DNA from: Parcubacteria bacterium C7867-008 | GTDB taxonomy: Bacteria > Patescibacteriota > Minisyncoccia > Phycocordibacterales > Phycocordibacteraceae | Direction: 5' to 3' | Assembly: GCA_001189215.1 (NCBI GenBank) | Contig: LFCR01000004.1 | Span: 162,244-226,243 of the forward strand | Length of the DNA stretch: 64,000 nucleotides | Part shown: positions 8,751 through 19,113 of the stretch, one piece after another | How positions within the stretch are numbered: position 1 is the first letter of the stretch | How the letters are laid out: every line of letters starts with the position of its first letter | The notes under the pieces: model-generated | What the model saw: the letters and a program-made list of their open reading frames with translations, nothing else | Told to the model about the DNA's origin: nothing | The model's database searches: none | Position numbers and translations under genes: made by a program

Positions 8751-9709
8751 ACCCGAACGAAACATCATTCCTCAAAAAGCATGGTGACCTCTTACAATCC
8801 GGAGGCGTGTTGCTCGTAGGGTCGGTGTTGCTATCAGGTGCTGCATTCGCCGCACTTTCGTCATTTGATGTAGTACCTGAAGAAGTACAGACGGCTATTG
8901 CCATTAATGCAATTCCCGCACCTAACGCATATGAGAACATTCGTCTCATTGGTGAATCTGCCATTGTGTATGACCTCGTAACAGGCGAGACGCTGTATGC
9001 ACAGGACGCAGATCGCGCACTTCCGCTTGCTTCTATTACCAAACTTCTCACCATGTATGCCGCTACCGGTACCCTTCAGGATGCTTCACCGGTTTCCATA
9101 ACTCCAGAAGCTCTTGCTCAAGAGGGTGAAAGCGGATTTACAGAAGGTGAGACGTTTGCCTTCAAAGACCTTGCACGCCTTACACTCGTTGCATCTTCTA
9201 ATGACGGTGCTGCGGCAATTGCAGACGCTGCAGCGATAAGTAAGAACATGGATGATGCTGAGCTCCTTCAAAGGGCAGCAGCTCTCGCAGGACTAAGTCA
9301 CACACGTGCAGAGAATGCTACTGGTCTAGATATAAGCACCACCGAAGCAGGTGCATACGGTTCAGCACGTGATGTTGCTACTCTTGCCGGGAAGTTGCTC
9401 GCAAAAGCACCAGCGATAGCCGGTAGTACCGTTGCACGATCTATTACCGTTCGCTCACAAGACGGTACCGTACACACCCTTCCTAATACCAACCAAGATG
9501 TAGTGCATGTGTCAGGTATCTTACTTTCAAAGACAGGGTACACCGATCTGGCAGGTGGCAATCTTGTCGTGATTTATGATGCGGGATTCGGACATCCGGT
9601 GGCCGTTGTAGTACTTGGCTCAAGCAAACAAGGTCGATTCATTGATGTAGAGAATCTGATACGCGCTACGGGGGCGCACTTTGCAGGCGTAAGCGATAGT
9701 TCTATCTAA
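8747..9709 (+). CDS. D-alanyl-D-alanine carboxypeptidase (S11)
   Basis: SxxK (ASITK), SSN, KTG; N-terminal TM. Confidence 0.9.
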   Translation: MNPNETSFLKKHGDLLQSGGVLLVGSVLLSGAAFAALSSFDVVPEEVQTAIAINAIPAPNAYENIRLIGESAIVYDLVTGETLYAQDADRALPLASITKLLTMYAATGTLQDASPVSITPEALAQEGESGFTEGETFAFKDLARLTLVASSNDGAAAIADAAAISKNMDDAELLQRAAALAGLSHTRAENATGLDISTTEAGAYGSARDVATLAGKLLAKAPAIAGSTVARSITVRSQDGTVHTLPNTNQDVVHVSGILLSKTGYTDLAGGNLVVIYDAGFGHPVAVVVLGSSKQGRFIDVENLIRATGAHFAGVSDSSI

Positions 9710-9710
9710 T

Positions 9711-10775
9711 ATGATTATCTTCGACGCAGCCCGTGTACTCATCCCATTTGTCATCTCGTTCGCCGTAGGTATAGCGGCAGCACCCCTTCTTACGCACTAT
9801 CTATATAAGTACAAGGCGTGGAAGAAGAAAGGGGGGAAAGGGAAGGGTATGGGAGATGATACCGGCACTCCACTCTTTGATGGTCTCCATAAAGAACGGG
9901 AAGTCTCAACACCACGCATGGGTGGCATCTTGGTCTGGGGAACGGTGCTCGCAACCGTACTTGGCCTTGCCATTCTTGGGTGGCTCGTACCTGAACCATT
10001 TGCTGCATTAGACTTTGTTAATCGTGGACAGACCTGGCTACCACTCTTTGCCCTTATCGTAGGAGGTCTTGCCGGTCTTGCTGATGATGTTCTTGAGGTA
10101 ACAAAGAGTGCTGGAGGTCTTTCCCTTAAGTGGCGTCTCCTTATTGTTGCGACCTTTGGTCTCTTTGCTGGTTGGTGGTTCTACGCAAAGCTCGGTGTAT
10201 CTGCAGTTGGTCTGCCGTTCGTTGGTGCGATACCGCTTGGTCTCTTCTTTATTCCATTCTTCGTGATAGTGGTACTCGCTATTTATGCGAGTGGTGTGAT
10301 TGATGGTATTGATGGCCTGGCTGGAGGCATCTTTGCCATTATCTTTATGGCGTATGCTGCTATCGCCTTTGCACAGAACCAGGTAGCACTTGCGGCACTT
10401 GCTGCCAGTATCTCTGGGGCAACCTTTGCCTTCCTTTGGTTTAATATTCCGCCTGCTCGCTTCTATCTTTCAGAGACCGGTAGCATGGCACTCACTATGA
10501 CCCTTGCCGTTATAGCGTTCTCGGCAGACGTACTTGGTGATGGTGTTGGTGTTGCCGTGCTACCAATCATTGCCTTTCCTCTTTTCATAACCGTGGTAAC
10601 AAGCATGCTTCAGGTATTCTTCAAGAAAGTATTCAAACGAAAGCTTTTCCACATTGCACCTATTCATCATCACTTTGAAGTTCTTGGGTGGCCTGCGTAT
10701 AAGGTGACGATGCGATATTGGGTTATTACCATTATCGCGAGTATATTTGGTATTGCTATCGCATTACTTAAGTAG
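9711..10775 (+). CDS. mraY: Phospho-N-acetylmuramoyl-pentapeptide transferase
   Basis: TPRMGG, LADD, DGIDGLA, APIHHHFE. Confidence 0.93.
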   Translation: MIIFDAARVLIPFVISFAVGIAAAPLLTHYLYKYKAWKKKGGKGKGMGDDTGTPLFDGLHKEREVSTPRMGGILVWGTVLATVLGLAILGWLVPEPFAALDFVNRGQTWLPLFALIVGGLAGLADDVLEVTKSAGGLSLKWRLLIVATFGLFAGWWFYAKLGVSAVGLPFVGAIPLGLFFIPFFVIVVLAIYASGVIDGIDGLAGGIFAIIFMAYAAIAFAQNQVALAALAASISGATFAFLWFNIPPARFYLSETGSMALTMTLAVIAFSADVLGDGVGVAVLPIIAFPLFITVVTSMLQVFFKKVFKRKLFHIAPIHHHFEVLGWPAYKVTMRYWVITIIASIFGIAIALLK

Positions 10776-10813
10776 GGGATAGGGATGTTCGCACAAATGC
10801 TACAGTAGGTAGC

Positions 10814-11935
10814 ATGAAAGCACTGCGCTTTAGTCTTTCTGGTGATCGTATCTTCGCCAGCATTGTTTTGATACTCGTTGTTACGGGTATCGCTATCTTT
10901 GCCAGTGCTGCTCTCGGTCTCCTTGCTCGTGCGGGTGCCACTCCAGGCAAACTAGCGGTCACTCAGATTCTTCTTGGTTTAATACCAGGCATCATTGCAC
11001 TACTTGGTCTGCGATTTGTACCACCCAAGATGCTCTTGAAGCTCGTGGTGCCCGTGTATGTGCTCACCATTATCCTGACGCTCCTTACCTTTACACCGCT
11101 CGGTGTAACGATTAACGGTGCGCGTCGCTGGATTGAACTTGGATTCACTACGGTACAACCGGGGGAATTCCTTAAAGTATCGGTAATCCTCATGATGGCG
11201 GTATACCTTGCTCATGCAAAACAGAAGATCACTGAATATAAACATGGACTCATTCCATTTGCTGCGATCGTGGGTATACCAAGTGCGATACTTCTTCTTC
11301 AGCCAAACACCTCTACGGTTCTTATTATCGGCGCTGCCTGTGCGGTAATGTATTTCCTTGCTGGAGCTCCCTGGAGAGACTTTGCCATTATTGCAGCCTG
11401 CAGTATTGCTGCGCTAACGGCTCTTGTATTCATGCGCCCCTATCTCATGAACCGTGTTATGACATTCATGCATCCTGCACATAATGCACACACCAGTGGA
11501 TACCAGATCCAACAGTCTCTTATTGCTATTGGTTCAGGTGGACTACTGGGTAGAGGGTTTGGACAGAGTGTTCAGAAGTTTAACTACCTACCTGAACCCG
11601 TGGGTGACTCAATATTCGCCGTCTTTGGCGAAGAGTTTGGATTCCTTGGTACCGTGTTACTCATTCTATTGTTCGTTGCCTTTGCTATGCGTGGACTCAT
11701 GATTGCAGCTGAAGCCTCGACACAGTTTGGTGCACTTGCGGTTACTGGCCTTACCCTCCTCATAACCTTCTCTGCATTCCTTAACATTGGCGCCATGTTG
11801 AGTATCTTGCCCCTAACCGGTCTACCATTGCCGTTTATTAGTCATGGTGGAACGGCACTTATGTCTGCACTAGCATCGGTGGGTATTATTCTGAACGTGG
11901 CTGCGCATCGTACAAAGAAGCGTGCTGCACTATAG
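10814..11935 (+). CDS. ftsW: SEDS peptidoglycan glycosyltransferase FtsW
   Basis: GARRWI, QPGEFLK, GYQIQQSLIAIGSGG, LPFISHGG. Confidence 0.9.
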   Translation: MKALRFSLSGDRIFASIVLILVVTGIAIFASAALGLLARAGATPGKLAVTQILLGLIPGIIALLGLRFVPPKMLLKLVVPVYVLTIILTLLTFTPLGVTINGARRWIELGFTTVQPGEFLKVSVILMMAVYLAHAKQKITEYKHGLIPFAAIVGIPSAILLLQPNTSTVLIIGAACAVMYFLAGAPWRDFAIIAACSIAALTALVFMRPYLMNRVMTFMHPAHNAHTSGYQIQQSLIAIGSGGLLGRGFGQSVQKFNYLPEPVGDSIFAVFGEEFGFLGTVLLILLFVAFAMRGLMIAAEASTQFGALAVTGLTLLITFSAFLNIGAMLSILPLTGLPLPFISHGGTALMSALASVGIILNVAAHRTKKRAAL

Positions 11936-11937
11936 CT

Positions 11938-12375
11938 ATGGAAGGTTGTCGAAAAGGAATAGATTACACGGGCATCTGCGTTGTGTTTTCTTGCCACGAT
12001 GGGAAAGGGAACTATCTGCTCTGCAAGCGCACCGAGCAATGTCGCGACGAACATGGGGCATGGGAGCCAGGTAGTGGGGCAGTGGATATTGGAGAGGATG
12101 TGGTTGAAACTCTTGAAAAAGAGATTAGGGAGGAATACGGTACTGAACCAATTGAATATGAGTTTATGGGATTCCGAGACATGCACCGTGAACATAATGG
12201 TGAACAGACGCATTGGCTCGCTATGGATTACAAAGTACTAGTGGATCCCGCAACCGTAGTTAATGGGGAACCCCACAAACATGACGAAATAGGGTGGTTC
12301 AAAATGGGAGCCTTTCCAGAACCACTGCACTCCCAATACCCAGCCTACTTGAAGAAGTACAAAGGAATCCTATAG
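11938..12375 (+). CDS. NUDIX hydrolase
   Basis: GAVDIGEDVVETLEKEIREEYG Nudix box; VNGEPHKHDEIGWF. Confidence 0.88.
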   Translation: MEGCRKGIDYTGICVVFSCHDGKGNYLLCKRTEQCRDEHGAWEPGSGAVDIGEDVVETLEKEIREEYGTEPIEYEFMGFRDMHREHNGEQTHWLAMDYKVLVDPATVVNGEPHKHDEIGWFKMGAFPEPLHSQYPAYLKKYKGIL

Positions 12376-12406
12376 ACCCTATATGGTATAGTCCTTATAA
12401 CTACTT

Positions 12407-13573
12407 ATGAAAATCGTGTTTACGGGCGGAGGTACCGGCGGACATTTCTATCCTATTATTGCGGTCGCTGAAGCGGTCCAGAAGATTGTTGCAGAAGAAC
12501 GACTCCTTCCTCCGAGTCTCTATTACATCGCACCTACTCAATACGACGAGCAGGCACTCTTTGAGAACGATATTCAATTCATCAAGTGTCCAGCAGGGAA
12601 GGTTCGACGGTACTTCTCGGTATCCAATTTCACGGATGCGTTCGTAACACTCTCAGGTACCTTCAAGGCTTTTTTCACACTCCTTAAGATCTATCCGGAC
12701 GTGGTGTTCTCTAAGGGTGGTTTTGCTAGCGTACCGACCGTACTTGCGGCACACCTCCTACGAATCCCGATCATCATTCATGAGTCTGATTCAAAACCAG
12801 GGAAGGCAAACCTTCTTGCAGCAAAGTATGCCTATCGCATTGCAGTAACCTTCAACTCTTCGATACCAATGTTCCCCGAGAAGACTCGTGCAAACATCGC
12901 ACGTACGGGTATACCGATTCGTGCGGCGCTTGCTATGCCCCTACCGGCAGGAGCAGCACAAGAACTAGGACTGGACGCAAACATTCCAACTATATTCATC
13001 CTTGGAGGCTCAACCGGTTCAAAGAAGATTAATGAGGTCGTACTTCAAGCACTTCCTGACCTTACAAGCTTTGCTAATGTGATACACCAGACCGGTAAAG
13101 ATAACTTCACTGAGGTTGAAGCAACCGCAAAGGTTATTCTTGGTTCGAGCGAACATGCTAACCGATATCATGCGTTCCCATTCTTGGGACGTGATGCAAT
13201 GCGCATGGCAGCAGGTGCCGCATCACTCGTTGTGTCTCGTGCAGGCGCAACCTCTATCACAGAGATTTCTCTTTGGCACAAGCCATCTATTCTTATTCCA
13301 ATTCCTGAATCAGTGAGTCACGACCAGAGAACTAATGCATACGCGTATGCACACACTGGTGCTGCCGAGGTACTTGAGGAGCATAATATGACGCCACACA
13401 TTCTTGCGTCTGAAGCGCGTCGCATCACGAGTGATCAGAACGTATGGCAAACCATGGCAAATGCCAGTATGACCTTTGCCAATGCAGATGCTGCTGCCCT
13501 TATTGCTAAAGAACTCATTCGTATTGGTATGTCTCATAACCCCACGGAGGCAGCATCGGCTCCCATGGTATGA
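12407..13573 (+). CDS. murG: Lipid II GlcNAc transferase
   Basis: GGGTGGH, KGGFAS, HESD, GGSTG, SRAGA. Confidence 0.95.
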   Translation: MKIVFTGGGTGGHFYPIIAVAEAVQKIVAEERLLPPSLYYIAPTQYDEQALFENDIQFIKCPAGKVRRYFSVSNFTDAFVTLSGTFKAFFTLLKIYPDVVFSKGGFASVPTVLAAHLLRIPIIIHESDSKPGKANLLAAKYAYRIAVTFNSSIPMFPEKTRANIARTGIPIRAALAMPLPAGAAQELGLDANIPTIFILGGSTGSKKINEVVLQALPDLTSFANVIHQTGKDNFTEVEATAKVILGSSEHANRYHAFPFLGRDAMRMAAGAASLVVSRAGATSITEISLWHKPSILIPIPESVSHDQRTNAYAYAHTGAAEVLEEHNMTPHILASEARRITSDQNVWQTMANASMTFANADAAALIAKELIRIGMSHNPTEAASAPMV

Positions 13574-14880
13574 ACGTAAAGACTCGCATTGCACCCAGTC
13601 CCACAGGATGGCTCCATATCGGTACCGCACGTACTGCACTCTTCTGCTATCTCTATGCAAAGCACCATGGAGGAACCTTTGCGGTTCGTAGTGAAGACAC
13701 AGACCGCGTGCGTAGCCTACCAGAATATGAAGAGGAGATTCTTGCAGGTCTCAAGTGGTTAGGACTAGAACATGATGAGTTTGTTCGTCAGAGTGAGCGC
13801 GTATCTCGTCATAAAGAACTGCTTGAAACGCTTGTTGCAGAAGGAACAGCCTATATCTCTGAGGAAGAGAGCAAGAGTGAGGCAGGGAAGACAGTACAAG
13901 TCGTACGTCTCAAGAACCCAGGCAAGAGTGTAACCTTCACAGACCTCGTTCGTGGAGAGATTACCTTTGATACCGCAGATCTAGGGGACTTTGTTATTGC
14001 ACGAGCTATTGATGATCCTCTCTATCACTTTGCGGTGGTAGTAGACGACATGGATATGGAGATCACGCACGTCATTCGTGGTGAAGATCACATATCTAAT
14101 ACACCTCGTCAGATACTTATTCAGGAAGCACTTGGTGCTCCTCGTCCTAAATATGCACATCTTCCCCTTATCTTGGCAGCAGACCGTACGAAGCTTTCAA
14201 AGCGTCATGGAGCGACATCTATTGCAGACTATCGTAACGAAGGATTCCTTCCAGAAGCAATGGTTAATTTCATCGGTATGCTTGGATGGAATCCCGGTAA
14301 CGATAGGGAAGAGTACTCACTCGCAGAGTTTGTTGAAGCCTTTGAACTAGATGGCGTACAAAAGCATGGTGCTATCTGGAACCGTGAGAAGCTGTTGGAT
14401 GTTAATCAGCAATGGATGCGTAAACTGTCTGATGAAGAGTTTATTGCACAAGGAAGCCTCAGTTCTCCAGACAATTCAAAACTTCAGAAGATCGTACCTC
14501 TTCTAAAAGAGCGCGCTAAGACATTTGCAGAAGCTCGTGACATGATCACCGGAGAACTCAACTGCCTATTTACCGCACCAACGCTAGACCTTGCTTTGCT
14601 CACATCTAAATCTGATGCAACGGCAGTACACCTTCGTGCACTTCTAGAACTTCATGAAGGTCTTGCAGATGATATGACTCCTGACGAAATAAAAGCGCTA
14701 TTAATGCCCTATGCTGATGGTATTTCTAAAGAAGAGGGTGGCCGTGGCGCTGCACTATGGCCTCTACGCTACGCACTTTCGGGTGAAGAACGATCACCAG
14801 ACCCGTTTACACTCATTTCTATACTTGGTCTAGAAGAAAGCCGCGTGCGCATACAAAACGCCCTTGATATACTAGGGTAA
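13570..14880 (+). CDS. gltX: Glutamate--tRNA ligase
   Basis: RIAPSPTGWLHIG, THVIRGEDH, KLSKR. Confidence 0.96.
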   Translation: MNVKTRIAPSPTGWLHIGTARTALFCYLYAKHHGGTFAVRSEDTDRVRSLPEYEEEILAGLKWLGLEHDEFVRQSERVSRHKELLETLVAEGTAYISEEESKSEAGKTVQVVRLKNPGKSVTFTDLVRGEITFDTADLGDFVIARAIDDPLYHFAVVVDDMDMEITHVIRGEDHISNTPRQILIQEALGAPRPKYAHLPLILAADRTKLSKRHGATSIADYRNEGFLPEAMVNFIGMLGWNPGNDREEYSLAEFVEAFELDGVQKHGAIWNREKLLDVNQQWMRKLSDEEFIAQGSLSSPDNSKLQKIVPLLKERAKTFAEARDMITGELNCLFTAPTLDLALLTSKSDATAVHLRALLELHEGLADDMTPDEIKALLMPYADGISKEEGGRGAALWPLRYALSGEERSPDPFTLISILGLEESRVRIQNALDILG

Positions 14881-16250
14881 TGAGTTCCTTAGGCGATATC
14901 CTCTCAAAAAAGAATATTAGCCGTGGCATTATTGCCACATTATGTTTGCTCGTACTTGCGAGTGCTGCGCCAGAACATCCTGCATTTGCCCAGACTGCGG
15001 TTGAAGTACAAGCACAGATTGATGAGCATAATGCAAAAATCAAAGCACTCGATGCTGAGATTGCTGCCTATCAACAACAGTTGAATGTACTGGGTGGTCA
15101 GAAGCAAACACTTACTTCTGCTATTAAAACGATTGATGTCTCACGCCAGCAGACCAGTACACAGGTGAAAGTAACGGAGAACAAGATTGGCGCGACCGAT
15201 CTTGAACTCTCACAAATCCGTAGGGACATCGCTACTAAACAAGATCTAATTGAACTTGATCGTGATGCCGTTGCTCGAGCTATACGTAACCTACAAATGG
15301 CAAATGAGACAACGCTTGTGGAGCAGATCTTTGCTGCAGATACCCTTACTGACGCATGGACGGATGTTGATCGTTCCGCCAGCATCACTGATGCACTGCG
15401 CGCACAAGTAGATGCGCTGTCTGGGGCTAAAATTGCACTCGCAGGTCAGGAGAACACCGCAGCATCAACACGAGACAAACTTGCTTCTCTTCAGAAGGAG
15501 CTTGTGACACAGCAGAAAGCACTTGATGCAAACAAAGCAGCAAAGGCAGCACTGCTTGCACAAACCAAGAATCAGGAGGGAACGTATCAGAGCCTTATCG
15601 CAAAAAAACGTGCAGAGCAGAAAGCGTTCGAATCTGAACTCTCTGCACTGGAAGACAGTTTGAAGGTTACCGTTAACACCGGAAGTATTCCACACGTAGG
15701 AAGTGGTGTGCTTGCATGGCCATTCTCTTCAACCTTCGCACAGAGTTGTCTCGGGAAGGCAGGAGTACTTGGCAATAACTTCTGTATTACACAGTACTTT
15801 GGTACAACGCCTTTCTCAACGGCTAACCCACAGGTATATAATGGCTCTGGTCACAACGCGATTGATATTGGTATGCCTAGTGGAACACCCGTGCTTGCCG
15901 CACTATCCGGTACAGTTCTTGGTACTGGCAACACTGATGCAGTTCCTGGTTGCTACTCCTTTGGTAAGTGGGTATTGGTACAACATGCGAACGGTTTGGA
16001 TACCCTATATTCTCACTTGTCTCAAATTTCTGTATCACCGGGCCAGGGAGTCTCAACAGGGGACGCTGTTGGGTATTCTGGTATGACTGGCTATGCAACC
16101 GGTCCACATCTTCACTTTGGTGTGTATGTATCTCAAGCAACACAGATTATGACGCTTCAAGCGTATCGTGGTGCAACCTCACCATGTGCAAATGCTCGTA
16201 TGCCTGTGGCACCAAAGGATGCGTATCTAAACCCGATGTCGTATCTATAG
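14880..16250 (+). CDS. Coiled-coil + M23 peptidase (EnvC/MepM-like murein hydrolase)
   Basis: Signal peptide, long coiled coil, HNAID, YSHL, TGPHLHF. Confidence 0.9.
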   Translation: MSSLGDILSKKNISRGIIATLCLLVLASAAPEHPAFAQTAVEVQAQIDEHNAKIKALDAEIAAYQQQLNVLGGQKQTLTSAIKTIDVSRQQTSTQVKVTENKIGATDLELSQIRRDIATKQDLIELDRDAVARAIRNLQMANETTLVEQIFAADTLTDAWTDVDRSASITDALRAQVDALSGAKIALAGQENTAASTRDKLASLQKELVTQQKALDANKAAKAALLAQTKNQEGTYQSLIAKKRAEQKAFESELSALEDSLKVTVNTGSIPHVGSGVLAWPFSSTFAQSCLGKAGVLGNNFCITQYFGTTPFSTANPQVYNGSGHNAIDIGMPSGTPVLAALSGTVLGTGNTDAVPGCYSFGKWVLVQHANGLDTLYSHLSQISVSPGQGVSTGDAVGYSGMTGYATGPHLHFGVYVSQATQIMTLQAYRGATSPCANARMPVAPKDAYLNPMSYL

Positions 16251-16254
16251 AATT

Positions 16255-16899
16255 ATGACTACCGATGATTCTGCAAAAAAGATCTGGGAGTATATGCAGC
16301 TTCATCATGAGCTTGAGAAAGCAGATGCCCTCTTTGTGCTTGGGAGTAGCGACCTTCGTGTTGCAGAATACGCTGCCGACTTATATCTAGCTGGGTGGGC
16401 ACCACTCATTATATTTTCTGGAAAGGAGGGTCGAGCGAAGACTACACGTGAGTGGACCGGTCTTACCGAGGCTGAAAAGTTTGGTGAAATTGCACTCGAA
16501 CGAGGTGTACCTGAAGATGCAATTCTTCTTGAAAAGGAAGCAACCAATACCGGAGAGAACATTATTTATACAAAACGATTACTAGAAGAAAGTAACATAG
16601 CACCAAAGAAACTTATCTTACTGCAGAAGCCGTACATGGAGCGTCGCACCTATGCGTCTTTTATGAAGCAGTGGCCAGGTATGGATTTTATCGTTAGCTC
16701 TCCGAATCTTACCTTTGAAGAATATCCCTTTGGGACAAAGACTAAAGAATATTTGATCAATATGATGGTTGGGGATCTCCAACGAATTAAAGAATACCCA
16801 GCTCTTGGGTTCCAAATCGAGCAAGAAATTCCAAGTGGTGTTTGGGAAGCATATGAGCAATTAGTTGCAGAAGGGTATACGAGCCACTTGATCCACTAG
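16255..16899 (+). CDS. YdcF/DUF218 family protein
   Basis: LFVLGS, SGKEG, EKEATNTGEN, KPYMERR. Confidence 0.85.
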   Translation: MTTDDSAKKIWEYMQLHHELEKADALFVLGSSDLRVAEYAADLYLAGWAPLIIFSGKEGRAKTTREWTGLTEAEKFGEIALERGVPEDAILLEKEATNTGENIIYTKRLLEESNIAPKKLILLQKPYMERRTYASFMKQWPGMDFIVSSPNLTFEEYPFGTKTKEYLINMMVGDLQRIKEYPALGFQIEQEIPSGVWEAYEQLVAEGYTSHLIH

Positions 16900-16900
16900 A

Positions 16901-16956
16901 TAAAAAGGTAGGGGACCGACGCTCGGACGAAATAGTATCGTCGTTGCGTCGGTCCC
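16901..16956 (-). terminator. Long-stem terminator of orphan 16965-17204
   Basis: GGGACCGACGC...GCGTCGGTCCC with T-run on minus strand. Confidence 0.7.
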
Positions 16957-16964
16957 GTGTCGGC

Positions 16965-17204
16965 CTATTCGGCCGTGTGCCAGACGATGGTCGCGTCCTC
17001 GAGGTCGAGGAAGCCGCCGACCATGCTGTTGAAGTTCATCATCCTGCTGGGGTCGATCTCGATCTCGTAGACGAGGTCGACCTTGGTGAACCTGATCGCC
17101 TCCGAGCACTGGAGGGCCTCCAGGTTCTTCGGCAGCTGCCCGTTGGGCTTGGTCAGGGTCAGGGTGACCTTGGTCCAGGGCTTGGTGGCGGTTTGCGTGT
17201 TCAT
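16965..17204 (-). CDS. Hypothetical protein (GC-rich orphan)
   Basis: SD GAGGAG; TTGACA promoter at 17266-17235; nearly all codons end in G/C. Confidence 0.75.
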   Translation of the reverse strand: MNTQTATKPWTKVTLTLTKPNGQLPKNLEALQCSEAIRFTKVDLVYEIEIDPSRMMNFNSMVGGFLDLEDATIVWHTAE

Positions 17205-17321
17205 CAGAACTGCTCCTCTGCTTGCGTTCTGGATATACTAATAACATAGTATAGTTATTTTGTCAATATCAGGGGATTTTAGCCCAATCTGTGGATACCT
17301 CTGATCTTGTATACTCAACGT

Positions 17322-17888
17322 ATGCGAACCACGAAGTATACCCGTGCACTCAAACATCTTGAGTGGGATGCAATCATCATCGTTTTCAGCGTCCTCCTTG
17401 CACTCTTCTTAGTTGAGATTGGGGCCTTTGAACGATTCCTAAACTTTGCCCAAGGAATTGATCTTGTTGCAGCATTCATTGCGGGTATTTTCTTCACCTC
17501 AACGTTCACCATTGCACCTGCGTCCATTGCCTTCGTTGAAATAGGGAATGCAAGCAATATGATTCAGGTTGCCGTTGCAGGAGCACTCGGTGCGGTGTGT
17601 GGAGACATGATTCTCTTCTTTTTTATACGCGACACAATCATGGAAGACTTGAAGACCGTGCTTCGGAAAAAGAACTACCACAAGATCATTGCGTTTACAC
17701 ACGGAGGAATTATGCGCTGGCTGTCACCCGTAATAGGTGCACTTATCATTGCTTCTCCACTACCTGATGAAGTTGGTCTTACGATCATGGGCATGTCTAA
17801 GATACGTTCAACGTATCTTATACCTATTGCCTTTGTTATGAACTTCCTAGGTATCTGGGCAATTATTTCTATTGCCGTTGCACTTTAA
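17322..17888 (+). CDS. Membrane protein (DedA/VTT-like)
   Basis: Multiple TM helices, GAVCGD, SPLPDE; ATG 6 nt after TATACT. Confidence 0.75.
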   Translation: MRTTKYTRALKHLEWDAIIIVFSVLLALFLVEIGAFERFLNFAQGIDLVAAFIAGIFFTSTFTIAPASIAFVEIGNASNMIQVAVAGALGAVCGDMILFFFIRDTIMEDLKTVLRKKNYHKIIAFTHGGIMRWLSPVIGALIIASPLPDEVGLTIMGMSKIRSTYLIPIAFVMNFLGIWAIISIAVAL

Positions 17889-18532
17889 GTTTTAGTGTCT
17901 CGAACTCGCCAAAGCACTCTGCTTGCGAAGGTACGATGCGGAGACCATTTAGCTGCAATAATTTCTAATTCTTTTATGGGTACGTCTTTAGGGAGATTGT
18001 AGAGTTGCTCAATAGAACGACGTAGGCCGAGATCACCGGGAGAGAACACGTCCTCTCGTTCAAGAGCGAACATGAGAAACATCTCAGCAGTCCAGCGGCC
18101 AATACCCCATACAGAACTTAGGGCAGCTATTGCTTCTTCTTCGGGAATATTTTTTAACTTCTCCAGCTTTAATTCACCAGAGAGTATCGCCTTAGAGAGT
18201 TCCTTAAGAGATTTTGCCTTTGCTGCAGATAGTCCCGCTTTGCGTAGAGTGGGGGTGCGGAGCTTGGTAATAGCTTCCGGAGTAACCTCACCACCGCAGG
18301 TAGTTTTAAGGCGTTCCCATATAGTATCTGCTGCTTTGGTGGAGAGCTGTTGGCCCACAATTGCTCCTGCCAGCGCTTCAAATAGCTTCTTATACGAACG
18401 ACGATGGCCCTTTCGATTCAGGATCTCCTGCGCATGTGGTAGGGAAGCTGCATAGAGTATCGGGTCAACCTTTCGTAGGTGCAGAAGTGGGATGGCTTCC
18501 TTTTCCCCCACACGTGCTTTCACAGGCTTCAT
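17885..18532 (-). CDS. alkA: DNA-3-methyladenine glycosylase II (HhH-GPD)
   Basis: IVGQQLSTKAA, GIGRWTAEMFLMF, DLG, WSPHRT. Confidence 0.9.
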   Translation of the reverse strand: MKPVKARVGEKEAIPLLHLRKVDPILYAASLPHAQEILNRKGHRRSYKKLFEALAGAIVGQQLSTKAADTIWERLKTTCGGEVTPEAITKLRTPTLRKAGLSAAKAKSLKELSKAILSGELKLEKLKNIPEEEAIAALSSVWGIGRWTAEMFLMFALEREDVFSPGDLGLRRSIEQLYNLPKDVPIKELEIIAAKWSPHRTFASRVLWRVRDTKT

Positions 18533-18536
18533 GGGG

Positions 18537-18548
18537 CCAGTATACTGG
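18537..18548. promoter_or_regulatory. Palindromic bidirectional -10 element
   Basis: CCAGTATACTGG gives TATACT on both strands between divergent ATGs 18532 and 18556. Confidence 0.65.
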
Positions 18549-18555
18549 TATTTAT

Positions 18556-18762
18556 ATGGTACGTCTTATTGTCTGGATTGTTGTGGGGCTACTCGCCTTA
18601 TCGTTCTTCGGGGTATCTCTACGCAATCTTGTTGATTCTCCAACAAACCAGGAGAATATTTCCTTTCTCTCACAACTTCTCCAGCAGGGCTGGGGATCTA
18701 TTAGTATGTGGCTCCATGGGGTGATTGATCCGATCATGAAGCTATTACACTTGCCGATGTAA
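18556..18762 (+). CDS. Small membrane protein
   Basis: MVRLIVWIVVGLLALSFFGVSLR...QENISF; 68 aa. Confidence 0.7.
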   Translation: MVRLIVWIVVGLLALSFFGVSLRNLVDSPTNQENISFLSQLLQQGWGSISMWLHGVIDPIMKLLHLPM

Positions 18763-18764
18763 GT

Positions 18765-19013
18765 ATGGAGGAACGACCTATTTCAATCACCATACCGAGA
18801 GACGCACACCCTTCTTTCTCTAATGCTACCCAAGTAACGGTTTCCGATGATTCGGTGATCTTGCAGTTTGCATACGTGCGCCCAGACCACACCACGGGAC
18901 AACTCATTTCTGAAGTGGTGCTTTCTCCTAAGCATGCGATCGATTTCAGTCGAGCCCTTGATGCAACCATCAAACAACATTTCACGAGACACTTGAAGGA
19001 TTTGGGGATGTAG
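18765..19013 (+). CDS. DUF3467-like small protein
   Basis: FSNATQV...VILQF...VVLSPKHA pattern. Confidence 0.7.
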   Translation: MEERPISITIPRDAHPSFSNATQVTVSDDSVILQFAYVRPDHTTGQLISEVVLSPKHAIDFSRALDATIKQHFTRHLKDLGM

Positions 19014-19113
19014 TGAGGCCGTTTCTGGTCTTCATGAAATACACAGCCCGTATTAGGTATAAGGTATGTAGTCAGTAGCAACTCACTGACACTCATTAAC
19101 CTTACTGATAGAT

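Noticed and set aside
16944-17249. Plus-strand 101-aa ORF and overlapping 128-aa minus ORF
   Set aside because: Promoter, SD and terminator fit only 16965-17204 on the minus strand.
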